In this document: in pieces, positions 1 to 12,835 of the stretch
Layout of the letters: each line of letters begins with the position of its first letter
Position numbering within the stretch: the stretch's first letter is position 1
Notes under the pieces: model-generated
What the model saw: only the letters and a program-made list of their open reading frames with translations
Database searches by the model: none
What the model was told of the DNA's origin: nothing
Translations under genes and position numbers: made by a program
Source of the DNA: Camelus ferus
Taxonomy: Eukaryota
Length of the DNA: 64,000 nucleotides
Direction: 5' to 3'
NCBI RefSeq assembly: GCF_009834535.1
Contig: NC_045696.1
Location: 111,912,001-111,976,000 of the forward strand

Positions 1-740
1 TTTTAAATGCCATAAATATGGGAAGAGTAGAACACACACTGTAGTATTATGGGGTTAAGTCTTCCTATAAGGAGGAAGGAAATGATGAAACTTACAAGTA
101 AGAGAGGTTAATCAATAGGATAATGGTTAATATTCATATATGATGGCATAATTTGGGATGCACAGAAAACTAGGAGGACTTGAATTGTAAAATGGCAGTT
201 ATTAGGAAAGAACTAAATAATTGAAAAGGACGAGTTTCATATGCATCCAACTACTTGTCTCTTGTGTACTCTAATTGAAAGCATTGGTAGAGAAAATCTT
301 CAACTGAGAAGCTGCCAAATGGTTTTAAGCAGAAATTTGTCAGTTTTTATGTTAAGAGAAGACTTGTGAATACCCATATTCCATGGATTTCTTCTTCCAT
401 TGCCCAATTAAGTGGCATTATAATGTTTCACGTAGTTCTGCCTTTAAATCATTTTTTTCGTGAAATCTGGGTTAAAGTATAAAAAACATAATGGTGTAGT
501 ATATTATATAATGACAGAAAAATTCAGACTGTCACTTAGCTATATTCTTTATTTGAATTTTAAGAAAAAAATTTTTACTATGATCATCCAAAGAATTACA
601 TGTTATGTTTTATAAAACGCAGTTCTAAAATTTGAATGGAATTTTGCCTCTTATGTGTATTTATACATTTAAAAATCTGATTATATAAGTAGCTATATTT
701 CATGAAATTGTTATAGCACTCTTTACTAACATTTATTTAG

Positions 741-851
741 GATCAAGATGGTTCTCACATAAAAGGCCTACTTATTAATTTCATCCATCACAACTGGCCA
801 TCACTTTTGAAGCATGGTTTCCTTGAAGAGTTCATTACTCCTATTGTAAAG
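741..851 (+). CDS. TOP2B: TOP2B exon (TOPRIM, DQDGSHIKGLLINF...FITPIVK)
   Basis: tttag| acceptor, |gtact donor, 111 nt; carries part of the TOPRIM DxDxD acidic motif. Confidence 0.97.
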
Positions 852-932
852 GTACTATTTACATCAATACATTTTTATATTGTTGTCTTAAAAAGTAACA
901 GAAAAACTAATTTTTTTTATTCTTCATTTAAG

Positions 933-1038
933 GCTAGCAAAAATAAGCAGGAACTTTCCTTCTACAGTATTCCTGAATTTGATGAGTGGAAAAAACATAT
1001 AGAAAACCAGAAAGCCTGGAAAATAAAATACTACAAAG
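933..1038 (+). CDS. TOP2B: TOP2B exon (ASKNKQELSFYSIPEF...WKIKYYKG)
   Basis: ttaag| acceptor, |gtttgt donor, 106 nt; KYYKG motif. Confidence 0.96.
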
Positions 1039-1169
1039 GTTTGTATTCTAAAACACTTAAATTTTGTGAAGTTACTACTGACAAATTTATTTTTATGAGC
1101 ACATTATAAATATTTTCCAAGTTTGTCTCTTTTAGCCTTCAGAAATAGCCATTACTGGTTTTTAAAGAA

Positions 1170-1800
1170 CTGTTATGGAAAATTTGATGTAAGTAGAGAG
1201 AGTCGTAGAAGGGGCTTCCCATGTACTTAAACAATCACCATTTCATGGCCAGTCTTGTTTCATCTAAACTCTTCTCTTCGCCATCCCATTAGTTTGAAAT
1301 AACTTCCAGGCATTAATTATTTCAATAATACTCTAGTACATATCACTAAAAGAATTTTTTTGCCTGTAATACCATTATCATACCTTCTTTAATAACCTTA
1401 AATATTCAATCCATGTTAAAATTCTCCTGATTGTATTAAAAATGTTTATTTCTGGTTGATAAGTCTCTTAAATATTAATATACTGTTTCTCTTTTCATAT
1501 TTTTCCCTTAGAATTTATTTATTCAAAAAGTTGGATTTTTTGTATAATTTCCCACATCCTGGGTTTTGCTAATTATCCCTACAGTTTCATTAAATATGAA
1601 GCATGTTCCTCTGCCCCTTGCTTTTTGTTAACTGGTAGTTAAATCAGAGGCTTGATCAGATCTGGATTAGGTATATATGACAAAAGCATTTAATAGGCGG
1701 CTTTGTTTGTCTTTTTTGTCTATTAAAATTGATCACTTGGTGTAGGTGTTGCCAGCTTGATCCATCAGCTCTTCAGCTAGTGATTTTAAACAGCCTTTGA
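1170..1800 (-). mobile_element. Old L1 (L1MC-like) 3'-end fragment
   Basis: ttatggaaaattt...gtagagaga...cccatgtac...tggccagtcttgtttcatcta resembles antisense L1MC4/5 3' ends. Boundaries approximate. Confidence 0.55.
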
Positions 1801-1821
1801 TGTTTATGATTTACTTAAAAA

Positions 1822-2240
1822 ATTTTTCAGCTTTATTGAGGTATAGTCGACAAAATTGTATGTATTTAAGGTGTAAACATGATGGTATATGTATATATTG
1901 TGAAATGATTACCACAGTCAAGTTAACATCCATTATCTCAGTTACCTTTTTTTTATGGTGAGAACATTTAAGATCCACTGTCTTAGCAATTTTCAAGTAT
2001 ACAATATAGCATTCTTAACTATAAACATTATGCTATACATTGGATTCCCCATAGCTTTTTTATCTTATAACTGAAAGTTTGTACCCTTTGACAGACATCT
2101 CCCCGTTTCCCTCTCCCTCCCGATCCCTGGCAGCCACCATTCTATACTCTTGTTACCATAAGCTTGACTTTTTTTTTTCAAGATTCCATATATAAGTGAG
2201 ATCATACAGTAGTCTTTCTCTGTTTGGCTTATTTTCACTT
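1822..2240 (-). mobile_element. L1M (L1MA-like) 3'-end fragment
   Basis: cagctttattgaggtata...agattccatatataagtgagatcatacag...tggcttattttcactt. The minus ORF at 2065-2319 contains ISQTEKDYCMISLIYGI, typical of the sequence just after L1 ORF2. Confidence 0.85.
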
Positions 2241-2260
2241 TTATTTTTAAAATTGTGCAG

Positions 2261-2370
2261 GGCTGGGTACCAGTACAGCTAAAGAAGCAAAGGAGTATTT
2301 TGCTGATATGGAAAGGCACCGCATCTTATTTAGATATGCTGGTCCTGAAGATGACGCTGCCATTACCTTG
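2261..2370 (+). CDS. TOP2B: TOP2B exon (GLGTSTAKEAKEYF...DAAITL)
   Basis: tgcag| acceptor, |gtaatc donor, 110 nt; completes the KGLGTS motif. Confidence 0.97.
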
Positions 2371-2710
2371 GTAATCAAGTTAATTTTAAAAAGTCTCTCC
2401 TAATATCCATTCCCTGTATCTGCTATACTTTTCTTCCCAGTCTTGGTTTTCTGTAATAAGTTTCTTCTGAATTCTAAAGGCCAGCCTGGTTAATCTTAGT
2501 GTCATGCCCCACCACCCCAGATTGTGCCCTACCTTGATAAGTCTTTGATTCAAAGACCTCTATTCAAGTGTATTTCTGATAAAAGCATATTGGAAAAAAC
2601 CTTAATTTCCCAGAAATTAATAATTAGTTATTTGCTTTTATGCATTTTAATTTTATTATGAAATTCATTTTATTTTTCAATGTGTGAAATTGCTACCTGG
2701 AATCTTTCAG

Positions 2711-2803
2711 GCATTCAGTAAGAAGAAGATCGATGACAGAAAAGAATGGTTAACAAATTTCATGGAAGATCGGAGACAGCGTAGGTTACATGGCTTACCA
2801 GAG
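2711..2803 (+). CDS. TOP2B: TOP2B exon (AFSKKKIDDRKEWL...HGLPE)
   Basis: ttcag| acceptor, |gttagt donor, 93 nt. Confidence 0.97.
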
Positions 2804-2900
2804 GTTAGTCAGAAAGAGTGGTGATCTGGGGGAAGAAAGAGAAAGAGACTAAAATTCATGCAATAATAGTGACATAATTGCTGCATAACTTTTCTCTTAG

Positions 2901-3015
2901 CAATTTTTATATGGTACAGCAACAAAACATTTGACTTACAATGATTTCATCAACAAAGAATTGATTCTCTTCTCAAACTCCGACAATGAAAGGTCTATAC
3001 CATCTCTTGTTGATG
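2901..3015 (+). CDS. TOP2B: TOP2B exon (QFLYGTATKHLTYNDF...RSIPSLVD)
   Basis: cttag| acceptor, |gtaagt donor, 115 nt. Confidence 0.97.
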
Positions 3016-3724
3016 GTAAGTAGCTTTTGTTTAAGAATCTTTCTCATTTTTGTTTTTTATCAAGCATATTTTAATTTCATAAACTTTAAGCCATCCTCAT
3101 AATAGTAAATTTAAAATTCTGAAGTTGCTCTTGAGATGTTTTAGTAGTTCTGAAATGTTTTGTATTCTTTAATTTGAATCTTTTAAACCATGTTGAATTT
3201 TTAAAGAAAATTAACTTTAAGGCAAATTTTTAAAGATTTTGCCCCCAAGTTGTTGGAGACTTTCTAAAATAAGAAGTAAAATGAGATTATGATAAGTTCT
3301 AAAGTGTTTATCAGAGAATGAATTTTAAAACCACCTTTATTCCTCATTACCCCAAAACCTCATGCTTTTAACTTATTTAACTTGACATTAGAGCAGAGTT
3401 TAGTCTTCTTTCTAGAGCTTTTTGATTTTGATTTTGTAACTTTTAGCAAATTAGTAATCTTTATGTTTCTTGTTTTTTCAGCTGATATTCTGCCAGTTCA
3501 TCTAGTGCTAGCTTTAAGTTACATCCCTTTTCTAACACGTTGCCCAATAATTGCAGTCTAAAGTGGTCTCAGATGCCTATAAACTTCTATGCCAACAATT
3601 GTGTGCGTCTTATTTTACTTGTGTTAATTTTGCCTCCTCAATTAGATTATAAAATTCTCAAGGAAAGTGGCCTTATTTTATCATCCTTTTGTTTCTGCCA
3701 TGCTCTGGCCCATGATGATGATGA

Positions 3725-3975
3725 TAATAGCTAGCATTTACTGAAAAGTTTACTACTAAGCTCACTGGACTGGAGCAAGAAGGATAAGGAAGCAGAGTGC
3801 TTTGCTTGCGTTGTCTCATATTACCCTTATGATCGCCCTATTAGGGAGGTAATTATTTCAGTTACACTGATGAGGAGACTCAGTCTTACTGGTTTAATAA
3901 TTTACAAAAAATCACATAGCCAGGTTGAGAAGAGTATCCAGATTAGGGAGATTCTAAAGCCTGCATTCTTAAATA
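3725..3975 (-). mobile_element. MIR SINE
   Basis: tagcatttactga...ccctattagggaggta...actgatgaggagactcag...tcacatagc; diverged MIR core. Confidence 0.6.
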
Positions 3976-4389
3976 TTAGAACACATCTCTTCTTTGTAAG
4001 AGTTTGCCTGATTTAGGACATTCTAATAATAGTTTTCAGGCTGATTGATGGCTTGCTGGTACTTTAATTACAACTGACATTTTGGGCATATGAGTGTTTG
4101 GAAACTCCTTGAAAGGAGTTTGGTGCCACTGAGTAGTTCTTTAAGACCCAAAGGGGGTCTTTCAATTGGTACTTCACTTTTGGAATAGACTGAGACAGTA
4201 TAAAAGGCGTTAATATGTACTTATTTGTTACAGAAGCTCAGGTAAACAATTTTAGTTATTTTTTCAGAAGCAAACTATATCTTTGCTTTTTTTCTTTTGA
4301 ATATATAGAACACTGTTGTCACTAAAAGAAACATTATAACTATAACTCGAGTAATATTTTAAAAAGAGGGTTGTTCTTTTTAAAAATAG

Positions 4390-4511
4390 GCTTTAAACCA
4401 GGCCAACGAAAAGTTTTATTTACCTGTTTTAAGAGGAATGATAAACGCGAAGTGAAAGTTGCCCAGTTGGCTGGATCTGTGGCCGAGATGTCCGCTTACC
4501 ATCATGGAGAA
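4390..4511 (+). CDS. TOP2B: TOP2B exon (GFKPGQRKVLF...SAYHHGE)
   Basis: aatag| acceptor, |gtaagc donor, 122 nt; DGFKPGQRK and YHHGE topoisomerase II motifs. Confidence 0.97.
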
Positions 4512-4713
4512 GTAAGCATTGAGATTGGAATCAATTGAGAGCTATACTTATTGGCATGAAGAATGATAATTAAGCATAATACAGTATTTTTCCTTTTATT
4601 AGGCCTTTGGAAATGTATGAGGATTGAGAGTTTGGGTTTTAATAAAATTAGGAAATGTACATACAGAAAATTTAGAATATTAATGTTATGTTCTGTTTGT
4701 TTCCGCCCTGTAG

Positions 4714-4862
4714 CAAGCATTGATGATGACTATTGTGAATTTGGCTCAAAACTTTGTAGGAAGTAACAACATTAACTTGCTTCAGCCTATTGGTCAGTTT
4801 GGAACTCGGCTTCACGGGGGCAAAGATGCTGCAAGTCCACGTTATATTTTCACAATGTTAAG
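4714..4862 (+). CDS. TOP2B: TOP2B exon with catalytic tyrosine ([21 protein letters not shown])
   Basis: tgtag| acceptor, |gtaata donor, 149 nt; active-site Tyr codon TAT at 4843-4845. Confidence 0.98.
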
Positions 4863-5436
4863 GTAATAATTTGTTGATGTAATGGTATAAAGTTTTATTT
4901 GAAGTTTATTGGAACTAACCAAATGTGTAATAGAGTTGTTACTATGGAGAGAGATGATTGGGTTATTATGTTGAGGGTGAATGTTTCAAATTATTCATCA
5001 CATGTAGAATGAAATTTGTTGATCTCAATTTTTATGAATTATTGGTGAAACCAGTCCTAATGAAAGTAAGGATTTTTTCTGATCCCAGTTTATTTTTTAA
5101 GCTGAAGATGGGTTTTGTGGTTTAGTCAGAATAAGAGGAAATCCTTAAAAAGTTATTTATCAGTACTAAGAATTTAGGCATTTGAGTCAGTAAGTAACAT
5201 AAGTGAAACAGGGCTATTTTTATTCTGGCTTTGTGCCTAAGAGAAATATATTCGGTAATAAAGTTAGGTAAATTTTATTGTTAAAAAGTTTAAGTTAAAC
5301 AGATGTAACCAAAATTCTTAAAAGAAGTGCATTCTTTTTAAAAGATTTTTTGAAATATAAAGTCTTTAATTATGTATTAAGTTTTATTTTTTAAAACTGT
5401 GCAATTGTTCCACGTTTTTGTTTTTCTTTTTATTAG

Positions 5437-5668
5437 CTCTCTAGCAAGACTGCTTTTTCCTGCTGTGGATGACAACTTGCTTAAATTCCTTTATGATGAT
5501 AATCAACGTGTAGAGCCTGAGTGGTATATTCCCATAATTCCCATGGTTTTAATAAATGGTGCTGAGGGCATTGGTACAGGATGGGCTTGTAAACTACCCA
5601 ACTATGATGCTAGGGAAATTGTGAACAATGTCAGACGAATGCTGGATGGCTTGGATCCTCATCCCATG
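5437..5668 (+). CDS. TOP2B: TOP2B exon (SLARLLFPAVDD...VEPEWYIPIIPMVLINGAEGIGTGW...DPHPM)
   Basis: attag| acceptor, |gtaatt donor, 232 nt; NGAEGIGTGW motif. Confidence 0.98.
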
Positions 5669-6509
5669 GTAATTATGTAGAACTTACTGCTTATATTGTT
5701 TTTCGTTTTGGGTTTTTTTTTAACAAATGATAATGTGAAAACTACAAAGGCCAATCATTTTAGAAAAGTAATGGAACCATTTTCATTTTAGAACATATTG
5801 TAGACAATAAAGACCTTATTAATGTGTAGCTTGATATGTGCTTACAGTCTAAAAGATACAAAGTTTGGAAAAAGCCTGGGGATAAGATATATAGGGAGAA
5901 ACTGTTTACTAAAATTTTAAAGTAGTCTGTATTTCAGGCTTTCAGATATCTAAATTATAAAATGTTTTCATGACAAAATTATACGCAGCTTTATGTTTTT
6001 GCCTTTAAATTACTGAGTCATATTAGAGTTGTAAGGATGCTTAGAAACACATTGTGTATATTTTAATATATCCCATACTTTAAAATTTTTGCCCCTTTCT
6101 TACATCATTTACTGTGTTTGCTTCTTCCCCCAAACTTCCTCCAAGAAAAACTTCTCAAAAAAAGTGTCTTACCCTCTTTTACATGATTTAAAATCACCTA
6201 GAAATTTCCTTTTATCATGATACACTTAAATATATTTTTATTATAAAAATGATCGTGCTTATTGTAGAAGATACAAATAAGCAGAGAAAAAATACTTCTG
6301 GTATGTAGAAAAAAACTTAATATTTTTATGTATCTCTCTCCAAGTTTTATTTCATTTTTGTATTTTAAAAGAAAACAAAATATTAGATTATGAGGGTGAT
6401 TTAAAATGTTTTTCCTCTAAATACTTTGTAGTACTTTAAAGTATTTCTAACAGGTATCAAATTTTTATGCGTATAGCATTTTATTTTAATTATTTCAGAT
6501 GCATTTTAG

Positions 6510-7180
6510 AGTGTTTATTAAGTCAGTATATTTGATCAGTACATGTGTGTCATATATATGATACTGTGGCTAAGTGGTGAGATGAAGTACCAGTTCCTGT
6601 CTTCAGAAAGTTAATGTGTTGTCAAGGCAAGACATCTGGGCATGAAGTTTACAGTGACAAAAGATACCAGTAGTTGCTCAGTGCGCCAGAAGAAATGTCC
6701 TGTACTATATGCCTAATTCCTTAATGATAATAACAGATACGAATTTTAGAAGAGGAAGAGATCACTTATAATTAGGCTGAGTAAGATTTAGATAGATGGA
6801 TGGGGTGTGCGGAGCTGAATAATTGTCAGGGCTGGTAGAGGGAGTGAGTGAAAGTGAGACTATTCAGAAATTAAAATGTGGGAGAAGAGGACGGATCTGG
6901 AAGGCAGGTCATTGGAGAAAAGTTAGAAAGTTAGATGGGGTCCAGATTGTGGAAGGCTTTTAATGTACTATCTGAGGAGTTTGAATTTAAAGGATTATTA
7001 ATCTAGGGGAGAAGGAAGTATGGAGGGTATAGGCTGGAAAAAAGGAATATTCTTGGAAGACTAGGAAAGATGATACTAAGGTTTTGAGATTGGGGGAATG
7101 TTGAGATTGTATTAACAGAAGCTGTGAATTCAAGATTGAGTGATTATTTTGAGAAGGACTTGCGAATGAGAGGAATTTAG
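6510..7180 (-). mobile_element. L2 LINE fragments
   Basis: gtttattaag...cctgtcttcagaaag and ggggtccagattgtggaaggcttt...gaggagtttgaattt are L2-like and highly diverged. Confidence 0.45.
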
Positions 7181-7296
7181 TTCTGGTCATGTTAACTTGG
7201 CAGTAGCAATAGACTATCGACTAAGGGGCATTCACATGTGGCACTGGCACTCAAATGAGAAGGCAGGACCTCAAGGTATTTTATTTTTCTCTGCAG

Positions 7297-7431
7297 CTGC
7301 CAAACTACAAAAACTTTAAAGGAACTATCCAAGAACTTGGTCAAAACCAATATGCAGTCAGTGGTGAAATATTTGTGGTGGACAGAAACACAGTAGAGAT
7401 TACAGAGCTTCCAGTTAGAACTTGGACACAG
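7297..7431 (+). CDS. TOP2B: TOP2B exon (LPNYKNFKG...EITELPVRTWTQ)
   Basis: tgcag| acceptor, |gttggt donor, 135 nt; ITELP motif. Confidence 0.97.
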
Positions 7432-8053
7432 GTTGGTATAAGTATGTGTGCAGCCTGTGAGGAGGGCAGTTAAGTTAAGCAATGCTTTCTGGTAAGAATA
7501 TGATTCTGTCAACATTCGCACTGTTTCTGTATAGTGTTTAAACATTCCTGTATACATTTTTGACTCATTCATTTGAGTTTGTGCTTTGATTCTTCAAATG
7601 GTAATTTAAAAGCTTTTTAACTTACCTAAATGTAGAATGACTTAAGCTAGCTTTAAGACTATTATCTTTGTTTATGTTGAAATGAATAGAATAATATGTA
7701 AAAAATAGTGTTTTGAACCCTTATAAATATGGTCAATAAATTCATGTCGATCAGTATCAAAAGTATTTGTGTCACCTCTTGTCAGTTCTAGTTGATGCCA
7801 TCTCGTTATACTCTTAGCCTTTTCCTTGCCCTTTGAGTGTGAGTAGATCGGAACCATTACCTTGTTTATCTTCTCTCTCCATTGAGATCCTCATATATTG
7901 TCTTCCATAGTGACGGGGCAGGAGATGATAGAGATGGAGGTTTCCCCTTTTTTCTCCACCGCTGTTGAGAATTTTTTAAAAATTGCATGACTTGTGGTAA
8001 GAGAACATGAATGTATGTCATGAAAGAATTACTTATTTTTAAATCTTTTATAG

Positions 8054-8254
8054 GTATACAAAGAACAGGTTTTAGAACCTATGCTAAATGGAACAGATAA
8101 AACACCAGCATTAATTTCTGATTATAAAGAATATCATACTGATACAACTGTGAAATTTGTGGTGAAAATGACTGAAGAGAAACTAGCTCAAGCAGAAGCT
8201 GCTGGATTGCACAAAGTTTTTAAACTTCAGACTACTCTTACTTGTAATTCCATG
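8054..8254 (+). CDS. TOP2B: TOP2B exon (VYKEQVLEPMLNG...TLTCNSM)
   Basis: tatag| acceptor, |gtaatt donor, 201 nt. Confidence 0.97.
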
Positions 8255-9289
8255 GTAATTGACTAGATTTACTGTGAATTTAACCTTTCTTGCATGCTGT
8301 AAGTTGGAGTGTTGTAATTGGCTTCAGACGGGAGTGGCTATAGGGCATTTGAGTGCGTTTTCCCACTTGTATATGTGCTGACGAATCTAGAAACACATTT
8401 CTTTCCCTCTAATCTTATCCTCTACTCTTAACTCCAGCTCTATATTTGTGGATCTGGGCTCAGAACACACAGGATACACACACCCTCACATATACTGACT
8501 GAAAGTTATGAGAATGATTGTTGCAAGATTTCCATGTGCCTTATGCCTGTTTCTATTAGCATTTTAGTTGGGGAGTACTCATCTCCTAATTCTAATCTGC
8601 TTTATTAAACTTATATATTAGTGTTTGTATATAATTGGGAAGGGAGGTAAAAAATGAAAATGTATTATTACCCTTGTTCCATTCCAAATTAGCTTTTGGA
8701 TGTACGAGAGAATAAAAGAAAAAAATCCAACAATAGCACAGTGATTGAGAAAGTGCCATAATCTGCCAAGCAAGGAAGATTGAAAAAGGACAGAGAAGAA
8801 GTAAAATTTCCCCCCAAATTGAAGTTTGAGTGAATTATAGCACATTTATAAAAAACAAAAAAGAGAGGCAGATGCATATCCATTTAGTATATGGGAGGAA
8901 AAAGAACCTTAAATTTAATATTTTGAACTTATTGATAGAATGTATTTTTAGTTTGAAAATTTTTATTAGGTGGTTTTATAGCCATAGTTTGTATACTTAT
9001 AAATAAGAACTTTTCTAAAGGACCTATTTTATCTTTCAAAATTACTCCTATTTTAAATATTTTCATAGTTTTGAGAATTGAATTACCAGTTTCTTGGCAT
9101 CACCAAAGGAATATTTACAGAAATGTGCTTAATTTTGGTTGTGTTTAATGGCTTTTAGGGCTGGTATGTGTTCACATAAGTGTATTATGGTTATTTTAAA
9201 TACTGTAGATGTCGTACAAGTTAATACCAATAGAATTTATGTAATCTTTAAAACTTTTACATAATCTTCAAAAACTTTGTTTTGCTTAG

Positions 9290-9485
9290 GTACTCTTTGA
9301 TCATATGGGATGTCTGAAGAAGTATGAAACTGTGCAAGACATTTTAAAAGAATTCTTTGATTTACGGTTAAGCTATTACGGTTTACGTAAAGAATGGCTT
9401 GTAGGAATGTTGGGAGCAGAATCTACAAAGCTTAACAATCAAGCCCGTTTCATTTTAGAGAAGATACAAGGGAAAATTACTATAG
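9290..9485 (+). CDS. TOP2B: TOP2B exon (VLFDHMGCLKKYE...QARFILEKIQGKITI)
   Basis: cttag| acceptor, |gtaaga donor, 196 nt. Confidence 0.97.
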
Positions 9486-9630
9486 GTAAGAGGCAACTTT
9501 TAAAAATTTGAACATTATTTAAAATGGATAAAAAAACTTTGTTAATAGAAGACATTTTTATCAGTAGAATATAAACAAATACAAATTGAATCTCTTTTCT
9601 TGATCCTAACTTTATTTTTCCCTCACATAG

Positions 9631-9722
9631 AGAATAGGTCAAAGAAAGATTTGATTCAAATGTTAGTCCAGAGAGGTTATGAATCTGACCCAGTGAAAGC
9701 CTGGAAAGAAGCACAAGAAAAG
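9631..9722 (+). CDS. TOP2B: TOP2B exon (ENRSKKDLIQML...WKEAQEK)
   Basis: catag| acceptor, |gtaatc donor, 92 nt. Confidence 0.97.
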
Positions 9723-10022
9723 GTAATCATTTGCAGAACAAGACATTCAGAGAAGCTTTTAAAAGCAACTTCCAAAGCAAACAAAACATATCCAACCCCT
9801 GAATTTTAAATTTAGTACTGCTAACGGTGCTGAGTGATTTGTTTGGAGACTGAAGTCTTCTGTTTACCCACAAAACAGATACAGGACAGGAATTTTCAGT
9901 GCATTCCCACCGCAAAGCACTTTGCTAGTGTGGCTCAACCAGGGCCTGGAGAAGTGCCTCCAGGTCTGAGAAGGTAGCTCAGTCTCCTCAGCCCTTTCTC
10001 TGAGCCTGCCGTTAAAGGGCTG

Positions 10023-10043
10023 TGGTGGTGGTGGTGGTGGTGG
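10023..10043 (+). repeat. (TGG)7 microsatellite
   Basis: Read directly from the sequence. Confidence 0.9.
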
Positions 10044-11813
10044 TTTTGTGAGGTGCATTATGCCATCTGGGAACTACACTGGTAGCACAGAAATCATTTC
10101 ACCCTGGTCAGTTTGTGGTCACAGTATGGTGTCCAGCCACCATTCACTTGATCTGGTTTTGGTTTATGCTGGGGAGACTAGACACAATATGTTCAATATT
10201 TATCAGTATTTATTGAGCACCAAGTATGTGCTCTGACCCATGCTTAGATCTTTGGCTGGAGATTTCAACTCTGGAACTTCAGATTAAAAGTCTGATGTTT
10301 CATTAGTGAAATTGTCCCATTTTAGATCATAGAGGACTAATATTCAGTGAATGCAGTACTAAAACTTTGCAGTTCCTCTCAAGAATTAGCTTCTTACTAT
10401 TTACTGCGTATGATTTAAAGAAAAATTTTAAAAGGCAGTACAACATTGTGATTGAGAACACAAATGTACAAAAGGAAGGAAACTGGAAATGATTTTCATA
10501 TACTTAATTAACATATTGTGTGTATGTGTATGTACGATACTGATAATGTTAGCATCTTAAAAAAATAGTTATGATTGGTGACAAAATTTGAACTGAAACT
10601 TTAAACTTCCATACATTTATGAGTTCTCACCCATAATGTTTTTCATCAAACTACATTGAAATACTGCTTTCATTTACATTGTTTTTCTCAGTTTTAAATA
10701 GTCAATAGAATGTCGTATGTTAGAGTGGATAAAATTAGAATAAATGATATATTTAGCAATTACATATTAAGATAATAGGTGTATTTGTTTTTTGAGGAAA
10801 ATGGGGTAGGCAAGATGGGGAGTGTTCAAAATTTGGATGATTCAGGCACTTTGCTTTCCTTTCAGTGTGTTTTATCACACTCTGAAACCCCAAATTATGG
10901 TTTATACACTACTTGCCCTTCTGTATCACTGTTGGTTTAAATCATGTATTTTAAAAAATTAGCTAGTTAACTAATGAATTTAATGTTTAGTTTTAAAAAA
11001 TAAAGATGTTCAGGGTTTGAGAATGCCCTTCTGGTAGAAGTAGACTTCATGGGTAAAAGCTAGTGCTTGATTTCAATAATTTCATCGTTACCATCAAAAT
11101 TTTCTCAGCATCTCGGCCACGTGTTCACTTTGGGGATTCAAGAAACAGAAGGAACTGCTCTTTTATAAGAGTGTCCTGTTTTATGTAGTGTTGGAGAAGA
11201 GAGAGTTATAAAGCAGATAATTAGAAGATTAAAAACAGTAGAATTCTGTCACTGGAACTTGAAAGATTTTTTTTTCCTTGGTTTCTCAAAGCATCCTTAG
11301 TCACCTTCACATTGACAGTGATAGACACACATATTCACAGAGCACTCCTTAACAGTACTTGGTCTGTCTTCAAAACCTAGAGCAAACAGACTTCTGAAGT
11401 GTGGGTCTAAACAGGATTTTATGACACTCTAATGATATTTTAAATAGTGGTGTAACAACCTTAATATTCCATAGCAACACACTATTTCATGAAGAAATTT
11501 CAAAAACTATAGAGTGAATTAATTTGTCATAAATTATCTAGGTCCTTATTAATCTATCAACTCAACACCAGCAGTCCTTATTTGGCTAATGTTACTTAAT
11601 TGAGTTTATACTTTTGTTTATGTAATGAAGTATCTTGCTTTGCAATTTTTATTTTTATCCCTTCTAAAGTACACTTAAACTTTACTTTGTATATATACAT
11701 TATTTTACTGAAAATTTTTAATTAAATTGTAAAGGTTTTTTTTTTTTTTCTTTTTTGGTTACTAGAAGTGAACTTTTTGTTTTATGGAGTATCAGGTTAA
11801 CTCAGTCATTTTT

Positions 11814-11913
11814 ATTTTTTAATTTTTTTTTTTTAATGGAGGTACTGGGGATTGAACCTGGAACCTTGTACATGCTAAGCACTCACTCTACCACTGAGCT
11901 ATACCCTCCCCCC
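11814..11913 (-). mobile_element. tRNA-Ala-derived SINE (vic-1 type, camelid) with target-site duplication
   Basis: Minus strand reads GGGGAGGGTATAGCTCAGTGGTAGAG...CTTAGCAT...GGTTCAATCCCCAGTACCTCC then an A-rich tail, with A and B boxes. TSD aactcagtca(t/c)tttt at 11799-11813 and 11914-11928; TTTT/AA endonuclease site. Confidence 0.88.
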
Positions 11914-12679
11914 AACTCAGTCACTTTTAATTATCAGAGTGCCTTAACAATTGAGATGCAATTTTATTTAACAGCTGTTGTTACTTAAAAAATTTTAAAG
12001 GTGATGTCACCTATAATAACTTCTATTAAATTCATTGGATTTTAAAATTTAATATTAGCATAAGTTTTTTATTGAAACTGTTTCTATGAAAAAAAGATCT
12101 TATGAACACAATTTTAGAATAGTTCTTAACAATTCTTACTCTAACTCACCAGCTCTTAAATTCTTAAGTGAACTTTTTTCTTAGTCCTGACCTGAATATT
12201 CTTGCTGGAGAGAATTTTTATTAAGAACTCATCCTTAGTGAGTGACTACCTTAGCATATTTATTGTAACCATGAAACGTTCTTCATAAGTGATATTTATT
12301 TTAGGTTTCAGATTGCTCATTCACTCACCATATAAAAATCGGACAAAATGCAATGATAAAACATTAGTTCTGCTCTATTAATTTTAAGATGTAGTGTCTT
12401 CTCAAGCAGTTAATTTTTCATCAGATTCCTGGATAAATAGGGACTGAATATACCATTCCTTTTGATGACTTTATTGTGTATGTTTAGAAAATTTAAACTT
12501 TTTATAGGAGATATATACTCATAGGTAATCTTACAGATAATCTAAAATAAGTCCACCACCCTGAAGATGTAGCATTAAGAGTGTAGTATGTATGGAATTT
12601 GAAACTCAGTATTCAATAAAATTCAACATTGATTTGATATTATACAGGACTTTAATATAAAGTTTATTATTTTTTACAG

Positions 12680-12835
12680 GCAGCAGAAGAGGAAGAAACA
12701 CAAAACCAGCATGATGATAGTTCCTCTGATTCAGGAACTCCTTCAGGCCCTGATTTTAATTATATTTTAAATATGTCTCTATGGTCTCTTACTAAAGAAA
12801 AAGTTGAAGAACTGATTAAACAGAGAGATGCAAAA
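12680..12835 (+). CDS. TOP2B: TOP2B exon (AAEEEETQNQHDD...FNYILNMSLWSLTKEKVEELIKQRDAK)
   Basis: tacag| acceptor, |gtatga donor, 156 nt. Confidence 0.96.

Noticed and set aside
11836..11913. tRNA-Ala(AGC)-like sequence as a real tRNA gene
   Set aside because: It has an A-rich tail, a TSD and mismatched stems, so it is a SINE copy.
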